A DNA stretch of 64,000 bases, taken from assembly GCF_009914755.1 (NCBI RefSeq), contig NC_060946.1. One strand, 5' to 3'. Origin of the DNA: the human T2T-CHM13v2.0 reference genome, Homo sapiens. The notes below the pieces were generated by a model. It worked only from the letters and a program-made list of their open reading frames with translations, ran no database searches and was not told where the DNA came from. Positions within the stretch are counted from its first letter, which is position 1. Each line of letters starts with the position of its first letter. The translations under genes and the position numbers were made by a program. This document shows positions 17,345-32,589 of this stretch, one piece after another.

Positions 17345-17745
17345 GCCGAGTCTGTGTTGCTATAAAGAAATACCTGAGGCTGGGTAATTTATAAAGAAGT
17401 TTAATTGGCTCATGTTTCTGTAGGCTTTATAGGAAGCACGGTGTTGGCATCTGCTTGGCTTCCAGGGAGGCCTCAGGAAGCTTTCAATTATGACGGAGGG
17501 CAAAGGAGGAGCAGGTGTCTCACGCAGTGCGAGTGGGAGCAAGATGGGGTGAGGTCATGCCACACACTTAACCAGATCTCTTGAGAAATCACTCACTCTC
17601 ATGAGAACAGCACCAAAGAGATGGTGCTAACCATTTATGAGAAATCTGTCCCCATGATTTAATCACCCGTCACCCATCCCCACCTCCCACATTGGGGATT
17701 ACATTTCAATGTGAGGTTTACAGGCAACATCATCCAACATATCAG
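17345..17745 (+). mobile_element. MST (MaLR) LTR
   Basis: GCTATAAAGAAATACCTGAGGCTGGGTAATTTATAAAG consensus; strand label nominal. Confidence 0.7.
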
Positions 17746-17784
17746 AGTGCAGCTCACATTACTGTCTGGCCAGCTATAAATTCC

Positions 17785-18088
17785 CTTTTTTTTTTTTTTT
17801 TTTTGAGACAAAGTCTCACTCTGTTGCCCAGGCCAGAGTGCAGTGGCTGAGATTCTCTACTCACTATAACCTCTGCCTCCCGGGTTCAAGTGATTGTCCT
17901 GCCTCAGGCTCCCAAGTATCTGGGATTACAGGCACCCGCCACCACGCCTGGCTAATTTTTGTATTTTTAGTAGAGACGGGGTTTCACCGTGTTGGCCAGG
18001 CTGGTCTTGAACTCCTGATCTCAGGTGATCCATCCGTCTCGGCCTTCCAAAGTGCTGGGATTAAAGGCGTGAGCCACCGCGCCCGGCC
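17785..18088 (-). mobile_element. Alu
   Basis: Alu consensus. Confidence 0.9.
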
Positions 18089-18459
18089 TGTAAATTCTTG
18101 GGGCTACATCCTGACCATTGGCTGTTCCCCCAGGCATTTGGAAGTCAAACTGGCCATAAAGGCAAGTTCTCAGGACACAAAACAAGACGAAAGGAGAATC
18201 GTATCCCATGATTCTCCTCTTCACAACAAAGGACCCAAGAGACAGAGACAAAGGCAAACAGTGACTCTTCCTGGGAGGCTGAAGATCACCGAGGACTCCT
18301 CGAGATCAGATGCGCTGAAGTCAAAACCAAAGAACCCATTCTTCCGAATGTGGCTCTGCTGGTCCAAATTCAGAAAGGAAGAAAACAAAGAGACTTTGAC
18401 CACCCTCACACAGTCGCGCTGCAGACAGAAATCTGGGAGGCTGACTTGAGTAAGAATTC

Positions 18460-18753
<294 letters not shown>

Positions 18754-19908
18754 CTTGAGTAAGAATTCTTTCTTTTGGCCGGCTCTACCAGGGGTCCTGG
18801 CTCTCTGTGCAGCTCCCAGACCAAGTGAGGTGTTCCAGCCAAGGGTACCTCATCCCCATGACTAGAAGCTGCAGGGAGGGTCAAAATCTTTTCCTTCTCC
18901 CCATCTTAGGTTCCTTGGTGGGGGCCCTGTTGCTTGGACTAACAAAAGACAGATTCACAAGAGAAAAACATACCAGTTTATTTACTAGAAGTTGCACATG
19001 ACATGGGTACGTTCGTAAGGAAACGAAGGCCCAGAGATCCAGTCCACTGAGTGTGCTGATGCCAGGTTGGAAGAAGAGTGGAGAGGCGTGGGAAGTGCGA
19101 CGGACAGGGGAGTGAGCCTGGGGCAGGAAACTAGGGGGACATGCCATCTTCAGAGATGAGTTTGTCCCTTCCCTCTGGGTATAGGGAAGGCGCCTCTCAT
19201 AGGATGATCTCATGGCCTGCTCCAGAGGAGAAAGGGGAGGTCAGAGAGTCCTCGAGGCCCAGCCTCCCACATGCAAGCTGTGTGACCTCGGGCTAGTCAC
19301 CTAACCTCTCAGAGCTCTCTTTCCTCCTCTCTCTACACTGGGGTTGTTGAAATGCTTGACCTCTTGCTCCCTCATAGGGAGTGCTCAGTGACATTGGCGG
19401 TTGTGATGCTCAGCTCACCAGTCCTGCCTACTTGCCAGCAGGTATTTCTTCTCAGAGGGACCACAGTGAGAGCTGAGGGTAGCCTGCACCAGTACCCACT
19501 TGGGACCATAATTCTTAGATAAGGTTCAGGCACAACACCCAGAGAAGGAAATGGCAGCCACCTGGCTCGGTTGAAATACTCATTTCAAGGGAATTCCTTG
19601 TCCATTCAAATGACTGAACAACAGCTTGATTTCATGGAATAATGGCTTTTATTAAGAAGCCAACAGGAATGATCATAGTGGGGAGTCTTGTGTCCTGGCA
19701 GTGGGTGTTTGTAGAGCACCCGGTGTTCACCAGCAACTCTGTGCAAGGCTCAGTGGGAGGGTGATTGGTGTGTTGGAGGATGTGGGTACACAGTAGCATA
19801 GGCATGCATGTGGCTGAGTGCACACATGTGCATACATGTTCACACATGCACCCGCAGCGGGAACTTGGTGAATACTTGTTGGTTGGTGGTGGTTTTTTTT
19901 TTTTTTGA

Positions 19909-20076
<168 letters not shown>

Positions 20077-20385
20077 TAGTAACAGGGTTTCACCATGTTG
20101 GGTCAGGCTGGTCTCGCACTCCTGACCTCAAGTGATGCGCCTGCCTCGGCCTCCCAAAGTGTTGGGATTACAGGCATGAGCCACTGTGCCTGGCTGGTTG
20201 GTGGGTTTTGACTGGAAGGCTATGGAGCTCCAGTGGTAGATGTGGTTATAAGGGTAACTGGGGGGTCTCAGAGTGGGGGGCCAGTTGCATCAGGCCCCTG
20301 GAGGGTGGGACACTGCCTTTCCAAGAGCAACAAAGTGTGGGCGATTTGTGGTGCTGAGAATCCTGAGCAGGCAGTTCGTCTAGAG

Positions 20386-20604
20386 CAGGGTTGCAAACTT
20401 TTTCTGTAAAAGGCCAGATAGTAAATATGTTAGGCTTTGTGGGCCTTGTAGTCTCTGTTGCAACTACTCAGCTCTGCCCTGATGAGGCAAAAGCAGCCAC
20501 AGGCAATGTACAAAATGTCCGTGGCTGTGTTCCAAGAAAACGTTATTGGCAAAAACAGGCAGTGGGCCAGATCTAAGCCATGGGCCGTAGTTTGCCAACC
20601 CCTG
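20386..20604. mobile_element. MER58-like hAT DNA transposon (duplicated at 28099-28318)
   Basis: CAGGG(G)TTG(G)CAAAC terminal inverted repeats; 8-bp TSD GTCTAGAG/GTCTAGAC. Confidence 0.8.
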
Positions 20605-20709
20605 GTCTAGACCACTCCCATTTATAAAGTGATTCGGCTTTAGCAGCTTCCTGGAAGGTGGTGCTGCTGGCTGATAAAGCAGAGGGATAGAGCTTGTAGA
20701 ATTCAGGTG

Positions 20710-21081
20710 ATGATAGGGCTTGGATCTGAGTCCCCAGCGCGTCTCATGTTGAATTGAAACTTTGGAGGTGGGGACTGGTGGCAGGTGATTGGATCATGAG
20801 GGCAGATACCTCATGGGTTGGTGCTGTCCTCGAGATAGTGAGTTCTTACCAGATCTGGTTTAAAAGCATGTGGCACCTCTGTCCCACTCTCTCTTGCTCC
20901 TGTTTTTGCCACGTGATGCACCTCCTTCCTTTTTGCCTTCTGCCATAATTGGAAGCCTCCTGAGGCTTCTCCAGAAGCTGAACAGGTGCTGGTGCCATGC
21001 TTGTACAGCCTGTAGAACCATGAGCCAGTTGAACCTCTTTTCTTATAAATAACCCCATCTCAGCAAGAATAGCCAAACACA
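20710..21081. mobile_element. MST (MaLR) LTR (duplicated at ~27594-27995)
   Basis: TGCCATGCTTGTACAGCCTGTAGAACCATGAGCC consensus. Confidence 0.7.
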
Positions 21082-21256
21082 GAGGTTTGCTGAGCAGAGC
21101 CATACAGCCAGAAGATAAGTGGGGGTCCCCAGCCCAAATGTGGGATAGTCCATCCTCAGAGCTGTCCTTCCTACACCCCTGTTCTCCTCCCGGGCCGGGA
21201 TGCAGCGCTGCCCCTGGCCCCTCTGGAGCTCAGCAGGGAGCCCCATGCCCTTCCAG

Positions 21257-21360
21257 GTGTGGAGAGCAGCCTGCGTGTCACTGGCTGCCGCCAGATCTTA
21301 CGGAGCCTCCCAGAGCACAACTACGTCGTCCTCCGCTACCTCATGGGCTTCCTGCATGCG
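21257..21360 (+). CDS. ARHGAP8: ARHGAP8 coding exon (104 nt): [35 protein letters not shown]
   Basis: AG at 21255-21256, GTGAGT donor 21361; LPxxNxxxLxxLxxFL RhoGAP motif; phases fit both neighbours. Confidence 0.97.
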
Positions 21361-22542
21361 GTGAGTGGGGAACGGGGGAGCTTGGGGTGAAGCCCAGTGG
21401 CCTTCCCTCCCATGCTGGGCCCGCGTGGACCAGTCCCCTCCTTGCCCTGGGTCTGGGGTCATGCCCTGCTTGGGCCTCGGAATACCACTCCCTGCCCCCC
21501 AAGGACCTCATCCAAGGCCTGGTCAGGCACCCATGCTGCTGCGGCCCCCTGCCTGTCAGACAGGGCGTACCTGCCCCTGCCTGCTCCTGTACCTGCTGTC
21601 CCTCAGCCATTGCCAGTGACTTTTGTTATTGGGGTCCTCTGCCCCCATGTCATTTCCTGCTTGGGCTGAGTCTCTAGGAGGTGGGAGCTGTGTCCACCAC
21701 TGGTACAGAGCCCAGTGGACTGAGCTGACCATTCCTGGGGAAGGGATACACCCAGAACCACGTACATTAAGTTCCTGTGACTGCATAGTGGGTGGCTGAA
21801 AACAGATTTACTGTGTCACTCTTGTAGAGGCTAGCAGTCCAAAAGCAAGGTGTGGCGGGCTGTGCTCTTTCCAGAGGCTCTAGGGAAGGTTCCCCTTCCT
21901 GGCCTCTCCCAGCTCCTGGTCACTCCAGCTATGCCTCCAGCTCCCCCCTGGCCTTTGTCTGTGTGTGTGTCTAATCTCCCTCCACCTTTCCCTCCTAAGT
22001 GTGGACCCCCTGCCATATGTCACTGGGTTTAGGACCCACCCAGATGACGCGGGATGATCTCATCTTGAGATCCTCAACGACAGCTGCAACGGCCCTCGTT
22101 CCAAATAAGGTCACAGTCAGATTCTCTGTGGTCTATCTTAGAGGGGCCACCATTCAATCTACTACACACCAGGCTAAGCAAATGACCAGAGAGAGAGAAA
22201 CCCTTCAGTGCTCTGGGCCTGGGCTTAGTGTGCTCTCCCCCTGGGGCAGGGATCCATTTGGAGCAAAAACCTGTGCAGCCAACAGGGGAAGGTTCAACAC
22301 ATCCACGTGGGTCCACCCCCAACCCCCAGACCCACGGCCTTGAATGTTTAACCCCCTCCATCTCTCCAGGCCTTTGCCCCAGGCTGTGCAGGGTGAGGAG
22401 AGCCTGGGCAGAGTAGGCGTCACATCCCAGAGTCTGTTGGAGAATGTCACTTCTTGGTTTTACAACAATTTTTTTTCTCCCTGTTGCTTGACATAATTTC
22501 TCAGAGGCCCAAAACTAAACTCTCCTAATTCTCTCAAAAAAA

Positions 22543-22797
22543 TTTTTTGAGACAGTCTTGCTCTGTTGCCCTAGCTGGTGTGCACTGGTGCAATCTCAGC
22601 TCACTGCAACCCCAGCCTCCCACGTAGCTGGGATTACAGGTGAGAACCACCATGCCCGGCTAATTTTTGTTTTTTTAGTAGAGATGGGGTTTCGTCACAT
22701 TGGCCAGGCTGATCTTGAACTCCTGACCTCAGGTGATCCACCTGCCTCGGCCTCTTAAGAGTGCTGGGATTACAGGTGTGAGCCACTGCACCCAGCC
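22543..22797 (-). mobile_element. Alu
   Basis: Alu consensus. Confidence 0.85.
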
Positions 22798-23799
22798 TAC
22801 TTCTTTTTCATTAGGAGAGACTGATTTCTCTCTCTAGCCGCCACCTCCATGGGCACCGATGTGAATGCACCTGGTGGGGTGTGGTGTTGCGTGTTATCAC
22901 CCCAGTGGCACCTGGGGGCCTCGGCTTGAGGAGGGGTGGCCTGCAGTGGGCCTGGCTGGTGCACACCTGCAACGGGCTTGGGGGACCGGCAGCCAGGGGG
23001 AGCCTGAAAGGCATCCAGCCATCTCACCTGAGCATCCTCAACAGATCTGTGAGGGTGGTGCCTGGCCCTGCCTCCCTCCAGTTCTCTGCTCTGCCCTGGT
23101 ACTCACCGCCTCATGACCCCTGTTTCTGACTGAGGTTCCCCCCAGCTTGAATCTTGTAGGGAGGCAAGGAGCAGAGAACAGGCCCTGCCCTCACGTTGGT
23201 CCACATGGCCCCCTGCCACTGGCTGGCCACATGACCTTGGGCAAGTCTCCTGTACCTTCCAGGCCCCAGATTCCTCATCTGTAAGATGGGGAGTAATGAC
23301 TCCCCCGTGCTGGGGTTGCACGTGTTGGCGGAGATGGACAAGGAGCCCCTTCTAGCAGGCAAGCTCTTTCCACTCTCCCTGCCCCTCGTAGTGGCCCCTA
23401 GATGTGCTGGCTGGTCCCCATCATGCCCAGTTCGCCACTCACAGAGCCGAGGGCAGAGAGGTCACCAAGTTCGTACCGTCTGTGCTACAGCCCATCCCCA
23501 AGATTGCATCTCCCCAGAAGGTGCAGTGGAAGAGGAGATAGTGGGGGGTTGAGGCTGTCACAGAAGGTCAGAGCCAGAGGGTCCTCTAGGACATGGAGGC
23601 CAAGCCTTCCTTTTAGAGATAGGGTAACTAAGGCCCTGAGTGGGCAGGTGGCTGCACAGGGTCCCCATTACTGGCTGCCGGCTCCCAGTCCAGTGCTCCT
23701 CTCACTACACCTACGCCTCTCCCTAAGTTCGGGAGGGAGTTCCAGGTGCCCGTGCCCCTTGGTGTTCACTCCCCTTTACTTGTGTGTGGTTTCCTCCAG

Positions 23800-24120
23800 G
23801 TGTCCCGGGAGAGCATCTTCAACAAAATGAACAGCTCTAACCTGGCCTGTGTCTTCGGGCTGAATTTGATCTGGCCATCCCAGGGGGTCTCCTCCCTGAG
23901 TGCCCTTGTGCCCCTGAACATGTTCACTGAACTGCTGATCGAGTACTATGAAAAGATCTTCAGCACCCTGGAGGCACCTGGGGAGCACGGCCTGGCACCA
24001 TGGGAACAGGGGAGCAGGGCAGCCCCTTTGCAGGAGGCTGTGCCACGGACACAAGCCACGGGCCTCACCAAGCCTACCCTACCTCCGAGTCCCCTGATGG
24101 CAGCCAGAAGACGTCTCTAG
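23800..24120 (+). CDS. ARHGAP8: ARHGAP8 terminal coding exon: [25 protein letters not shown]...[12 protein letters not shown]
   Basis: AG at 23798-23799; NKMxxxNLAxVFGxNL motif; TAG at 24118-24120. Confidence 0.97.
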   Translation: MSRESIFNKMNSSNLACVFGLNLIWPSQGVSSLSALVPLNMFTELLIEYYEKIFSTLEAPGEHGLAPWEQGSRAAPLQEAVPRTQATGLTKPTLPPSPLMAARRRL

Positions 24121-24426
24121 TGTTGCGAACACTCTGTTTCGAGCTACCTCCCACACCTGTCTGTGCACTTGTATGTTTTATAAACTTGGCATCTGTAAAA
24201 ATAACCAGCCATTAGATGAATTCAGAACCTTCTAATGAAAACTCCATGCCTCTGCTCCTTGGACTCTTGTCCATGGTTCCTGAGCTGTGGACCGGGATAG
24301 AATAATGCATTTGTTAGGATGGATGTTTTGAATCGCAACCCAATGTGGTTTAACTGAAAACAGGAATGGAGTGGCTAACGGCTGCCAGGTCCTGCTGCTG
24401 CCACACTGCTGTGTAACACACCACCT

Positions 24427-25170
24427 AAGCCCAGTCACTGAAAGTTACTGCCCAGGAGTCAGTGGGTCAGCTGGGTGGTTCTATTGGTCTTTTGAGGGGG
24501 TCACTTACATGTCCTGGCTGAGCTGGCTGGCAGCTGGGGTGACTCTGTTCTCCCCCAGGTGTCCCAAGTCCTTCCAATGGCCAAACGGGGCACATTCTTA
24601 CAACATAGGTCCAGGTGCACACACAAGCGCTATTGCAAGCAGTTTTCATGCTTTGACTGGCGTCCTGTATGCTCACATCTCATTGGCCAAAGCAAGCCTG
24701 GTGGCCAAGGCCAGGGTCACAGAGGGAGGGCCCTGCAAAGGGGGTGGATATGGGGAGGGTGAAGAATTGGGCATAAAGCAGCCAAGCTGCCCGAGGGCTC
24801 TGGGGTGCGACAGGACTCTGCAGTCTCAGGCAGGCTGACTCTTGGGCTGGCAAAACGGGCCCTGTATTTCCATCAAATATGGTAGAGAAGGATACAACTT
24901 CTTAGTGCCACAGTCCCAGCAAAAAAGCCCCAGGTTCACCCTGATTGGACAAGCCTAGGTCACATGCTCACCTTAGACCCATTGCTGCAGCCAGGGAAGG
25001 CTCTGATTGGCTTAGGCCTGAGTCTTGTGCCCCACCCAGACCAGGCAGTGGGGGAGGAGTGGCAGGCCGCTGCAGGGGATTACCCACGAGTCCCACGCTG
25101 CCGTCTCCCCAGCTCTTGATGCAGGGAGAAGCGGGGGAGGTTCTGGGGAGCAAAGGACAAAAGTCCCCTC
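24427..25170 (+). repeat. Direct duplication segment A (copy at 26377-27132)
   Basis: Shared from AAGCCCAGTCACTGAAAG to GGACAAAAGTCCCCTC, roughly 90% identity. Confidence 0.9.
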
Positions 25171-25714
25171 TACAGATCCCCCATGGTGGCCCCTCCGTGC
25201 CTGCTTGGGGTGTTGACCGAGTTGTGCCGGGACCCCCGGTACGCGTTAGGATGCTTGGGGGAATCACTGGCAGCCCCAGGCCAAACCCACACCCAGGGCT
25301 CTCCTCTGAAACTTAGAGGGTGCGGTCTCCTCGCTGGCCTCCCTCTTCACTTGTGTCTTCCCATTATTCCCCTGCCCCTCATCTGCCGCTGTGTGTGTTC
25401 TACCCTGCTGGTGCTCGCTGTCCTTAAGGGAGGGGCTCGTGTGGCTGCTGAGCGACCCCCCACGCCCTGCCTTCAGAACATGGATGGTACAGGGTCACGG
25501 GCATGGGGACAGGGATGGGGAGGGTTGCAGAATGGCCGTTACACCCCCTGGTAAGCTTCGTGCCATCCCAGCTGGGGATGGAGTCCCCAAATGACACCCC
25601 TCTTCTCTGCCCAAGCTCAGAACCTACCTGAGTCACACGGTATATTACTGACGGCCAATGCCTATGTTCTGCAGCAATCTCAATCCTTGCCTCCTCAGAA
25701 GAAAGAGTTCGACT

Positions 25715-26099
<385 letters not shown>

Positions 26100-26102
26100 T
26101 TA

Positions 26103-27131
<1,029 letters not shown>

Positions 27132-27132
<1 letters not shown>

Positions 27133-29150
27133 AGCAGCGTGGGTACCTGACCGGGCCTTGGATGAGGTCCTTGGTGGCCAGGAAGTAGTATTCCGAGGCC
27201 CAAGTAGGGCATGACCCCAGACCCGGGGCAAGGAGGGGACTGGTCCATGCGGGCCCAGCATGGCAGGGAAGGCCACTGGGCTTCACCCCAAGCGCCCCCC
27301 TTGCCCACTCACCGTGTGCAGGAAGCCCATGAGGTAGCGGAGGACGACACAGTTGTGCTCCGGTGCCCCGTAGGATGGGGCGGCAGCGAGTGACGCGCAG
27401 GCTGCTCTCCACACCTGGAAGGGCATGGGGCTCCCTGCTGAGCTCCAGAGGGGCCAGGGGCAGCGCTGCATCCCGGCCCAGGGGGAGGACAGGGGCGTAG
27501 GGAGGACAGCTCTGAAGATGGACTGACTGTCCCACAGTCGGGCTTGAGACCCCCACTTAACTTTCTGGCCGTGTGTCTCTGCTCAGCAAACTTTGTGTTT
27601 GGCCGTTCTTGCATTGCTATGAAGAAATACCTGAGATGCGGTCATTTATAAGAAAAGAGGTTTAACTGGCTTATGGTTCTGCAAGCTATACAAGCATGCC
27701 ACTAGCACCTGTTCAACTTCTGGGGAAGCCTCAGGAGGCTTCCAATCATGGCAGACGGCAAAAAGGAAGGAGGCGCATCACATGGCAAAAACAGGAGCAA
27801 GAGAGAGTGTGGGGCAGAGGTGCCACATGCTTTTAAACCAGATCTGGTAAGAACTCACTCACTGTCTAGAGGACAGCACCAACCCATGAGGTATCTGCTC
27901 TCATGATCCAATCACCTCCCACCAGTCCCCACCTCCAACCTTGAGGGTTCCAATTCAACATGAGATGCGCTGGGGACTGAGATCCAAGCCCTATCACCTG
28001 AATTCTGCAAGCTCCGTCCCTCTGCTTTATCAGCCAGCAGCACCACCTTCCAGGAAGCTGCTAAAGCCGAATCACTTTATAAATGGGAGTGGTCTAGACC
28101 AGGGGTTGGCAAACTACGGCCCATGGCTTAGATCTGGCCCACTGCCTGTTTTTGCCAATAAAGTTTTCTTGGAACACAGCCACGGACATTTTGTACATTG
28201 CCTGTGGCTGCTTTTGCCTCATCAGGGCAGAGCTGAGTAGTTGCAACAGAGACTACAAGGCCCACAAAGCCTAACATATTTACTATCTGGCCTTTTACAG
28301 AAAAAGTTTGCAACCCTGCTCTAGACGAACTGCCTGCTCACGATTCTCAGCACCACAAATCGCCCACACTTTGTTGCTCTTGGAAAGGCAGTGTCCCACC
28401 CTCCAGGGGCCTGATGCAACTGGCCCCCACTCTGAGACCCCCCCCCCCAGTTACCCTTATAACCACATCTACCACTGGAGCTCCATAGCCTTCCAATCAA
28501 AACCCACCGAGTAGCCAGGCACAGTGGCTCATGCCTGTAATCCCAACAGTTGGGGAGGCCGAGGCAGGCGCATCACTTGAGGTCAGGAGTTTGAGACCAG
28601 CCTGATCCAACATGGTGAAAGCCTGTCTCCACAAAAAAAAAAGAAAAAAAAAATTTATCCAGGTGTAGTGGCACACACCTGTAATCCCAGCTACTTGGGA
28701 GGCCGAAGCAGGAGAATTGCTTGAACTGGGAAGACAGGTTGCAGTGAGCCAAGATGGCGCCATTGCACTCCAGCCTGGGCAACAAGAGCAAAACTCCATC
28801 TCAAAAAAAAAAAAAAACAAAAAAACACACCAACCAACAAGTATTCACCAAGTTCCCGCTGCAGGTGCATGTATGAACACGTATGCACATGCATGCCCAT
28901 GCTACTGTATACCCACATCCTCCAACACACCAACCACCCTCCGAGACTTGCACAGAGTTGCTGGTGAACACTGGGTGCTCTACAAACACCCACTGCCAAG
29001 ACACAAGACTCCCCACTGTGATCATTCCTGTTGGCTTCTTAATAAAAGCCATTATTCCATGAAATCAAGCTGTTGTTCAGTCATTTGAATGGACAAGGAA
29101 TTCCCTTGAAATGAATATTTCAACCGAGCCTGGTAGCTGCCATCTCCTTC
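27132..29150 (-). repeat. Right arm of ~2-kb inverted duplication (copy of 19543-21541)
   Basis: Direct by-eye alignment; ORF track gives near-identical peptides at 20391+ and 28128-. Confidence 0.93.
27313..27414 (-). pseudogene. Inverted, frameshifted (102 vs 104 nt) copy of the ARHGAP8 penultimate exon, splice sites retained
   Basis: Reverse complement reads CAG|GTGTGGAGAGCAGCCTG...TTCCTGCACACG|GTGAG; about 88% identical to 21257-21360 with a net 2-nt deletion. Confidence 0.93.
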
Positions 29151-29429
29151 GTGCCTGCATGGGGTGTTGACCTATCGGTGCACCGCGGGCACCTCACACT
29201 CCAGGGCAAGCTGGAGAGGGTTCTGCTTTCTCCCAACCAGCCTCCAACTCCGATTCTGTCTGACGTCCAGGTGGCAGCACCATGCCCCTGAGGCCCGGTC
29301 ATTCCTTTACCAATGGCGGGGATGAGTCGCGAGGGTGCCAGTCTGGTGGGGAGCCACTAGCTGAATCCATTTTCCTTCTAGGAGAGAGGGCGGCTCAGTA
29401 GCAGCTCGGTGCTGGTGGGCGCTGAGCTG

Positions 29430-30113
<684 letters not shown>

Positions 30114-30171
30114 TTACCGGAGCTGTGTGCGTGCTCGCCTGGGTGTTTTCCCCTTACCCGTCGAGCACTCC

Positions 30172-30523
30172 TGTAGCAGGACGAGCCGCAGACAAAACTC
30201 CTCAGACACCAGACTAAAGAAGGACGAGGTTTTTTATCCGGCCTGGAACGCCGACAGACTCGCGTCTTAAGAGCCGACCTCGCCGAAGACACCGTTCCTG
30301 GCCCTTTTAAGGGCTTACAACTCTAAGGGGTTCCACGTGAACGGGTCGTGATGGATTGAGAGCACGTGTGGTTAGAGGTCGGGGGGTAATCTTTTAACCT
30401 CAGGCCGGGTCATCGGTGGCACCGGCTGGTCTTGCCACTGACTTCATTCCTGTTGTTTTTCAACGTTTACTTCCTCCTCCTCTTCAGAGACAGGAGACAG
30501 TAAGAGAAGTGGCTTCTCTCCTC
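30172..30523 (-). mobile_element. Nested ERV1 LTR (MER61-like, tentative)
   Basis: Begins TGTAGCAGGACGAGCCGCAGACAAAAC; CpG-rich; interrupts MER50. Confidence 0.55.
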
Positions 30524-31209
30524 GTTCCCATGAGGTCAAACACAAGTTAAATTCCACCATTTTGCCTCCTAGTGCTCGTGTGTGAACTCGCTCGCCCAAC
30601 TCCTGAGATCTTTGTCGGGGGAAGCTTATTACCATGGCACCAGCTTCAGGTGATTCTATTCAGAGGCTGCGTTCCCTGGTTCTGGCTGCAAACAATTACA
30701 ATTATAGAGAAACAGTAACAACTGCCTGCCATCACGTGGCCACCTGACTCTCCTAGTGGGGGTGGGGGGAGCCCTCCCCTGCCCCGCTCCCGTCTGACTA
30801 GCTACTACTGTAACAAATTGAGAAAGCGGTCTTTCAGGAGGCCCACAGGTGGAAACTGAAGTTTCCCTACAGCTGCCCAGAGGCCCTGATCTGTGGATGA
30901 GGGCCTTTGCTAACTGGTCACTGTGATTCAGACGGACTCACCGCCCGGTCACTGGCCCTGCAGACAGCTGGCTCTTGAGGACTGGCACAGCTAACCAGGC
31001 CTGGCTTCCTCTCTGGGGAGTGACAGTCAGAATATTCTCTACTCTTCCCATGGGAGGAGGCATGGGGAGGCCAGGAATATTAATCCTACTGGATGAGTTT
31101 CTCCTGTGAGGACACTGGAGTAGGTCTGTGTGCCCTCTGATATTCTCATTCCTAGTGTGCACATGAGAATCCAGAGGCCCCCCACAGAACAGTAAGAGAA
31201 CACACCTGA

Positions 31210-31637
<428 letters not shown>

Positions 31638-32193
31638 CTACAATGGGTTTTTACACTGCCTACTCCCAGCTCTGAGAACGCCAGTCAGAGACCAAAAATC
31701 CTGAGCTAGGATCAGCCCCACCTTTTGCAGTGACTCAGCAAGTTTAATCCACACTGGGTTGTCAGCTGTCACCATCAGCCCACGTTTAGGCAGGAAACAG
31801 AGATGCATGGCGGTGCCCCTGGCAGCCTCTGCACTGAAGTCCTTTGAGAGGCTCCAGGTCCCTGCTCACCCCCCACCAGCCCTCATCCAGCTTAGAGCAG
31901 GAGGACTGCACCTCATGCCCTCACTGCTTCAGGGCTCCAGGGAGCAGGACTACAGGCACCCAGCCCTGAGCCCTATCCTTCGGAGGAACCACCAGGGCCT
32001 GTGGGCCTCAGTGAGGCTTTCTGGACTCCTCTTCCCCTTTCCCCTCCCGGCTCCTTCTTCCCCACTGGTCTCTTGTCCAATGCCTGGCTACGCCTTCCTC
32101 CTCCCTTCATTCATGTTTTTACTCCCTCCCGCACCTTCACCATACATGATCTGTTTTTCTGTTCTTTTTAGCTCTCACTCCTAGCTAACCTAG

Positions 32194-32589
<396 letters not shown>

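Noticed and set aside
23959-23979. RE1/REST-like site TTCAGCACCCTGGAGGCACC in the ARHGAP8 last exon
   Set aside because: Only the left half-site matches well; explained by coding sequence.
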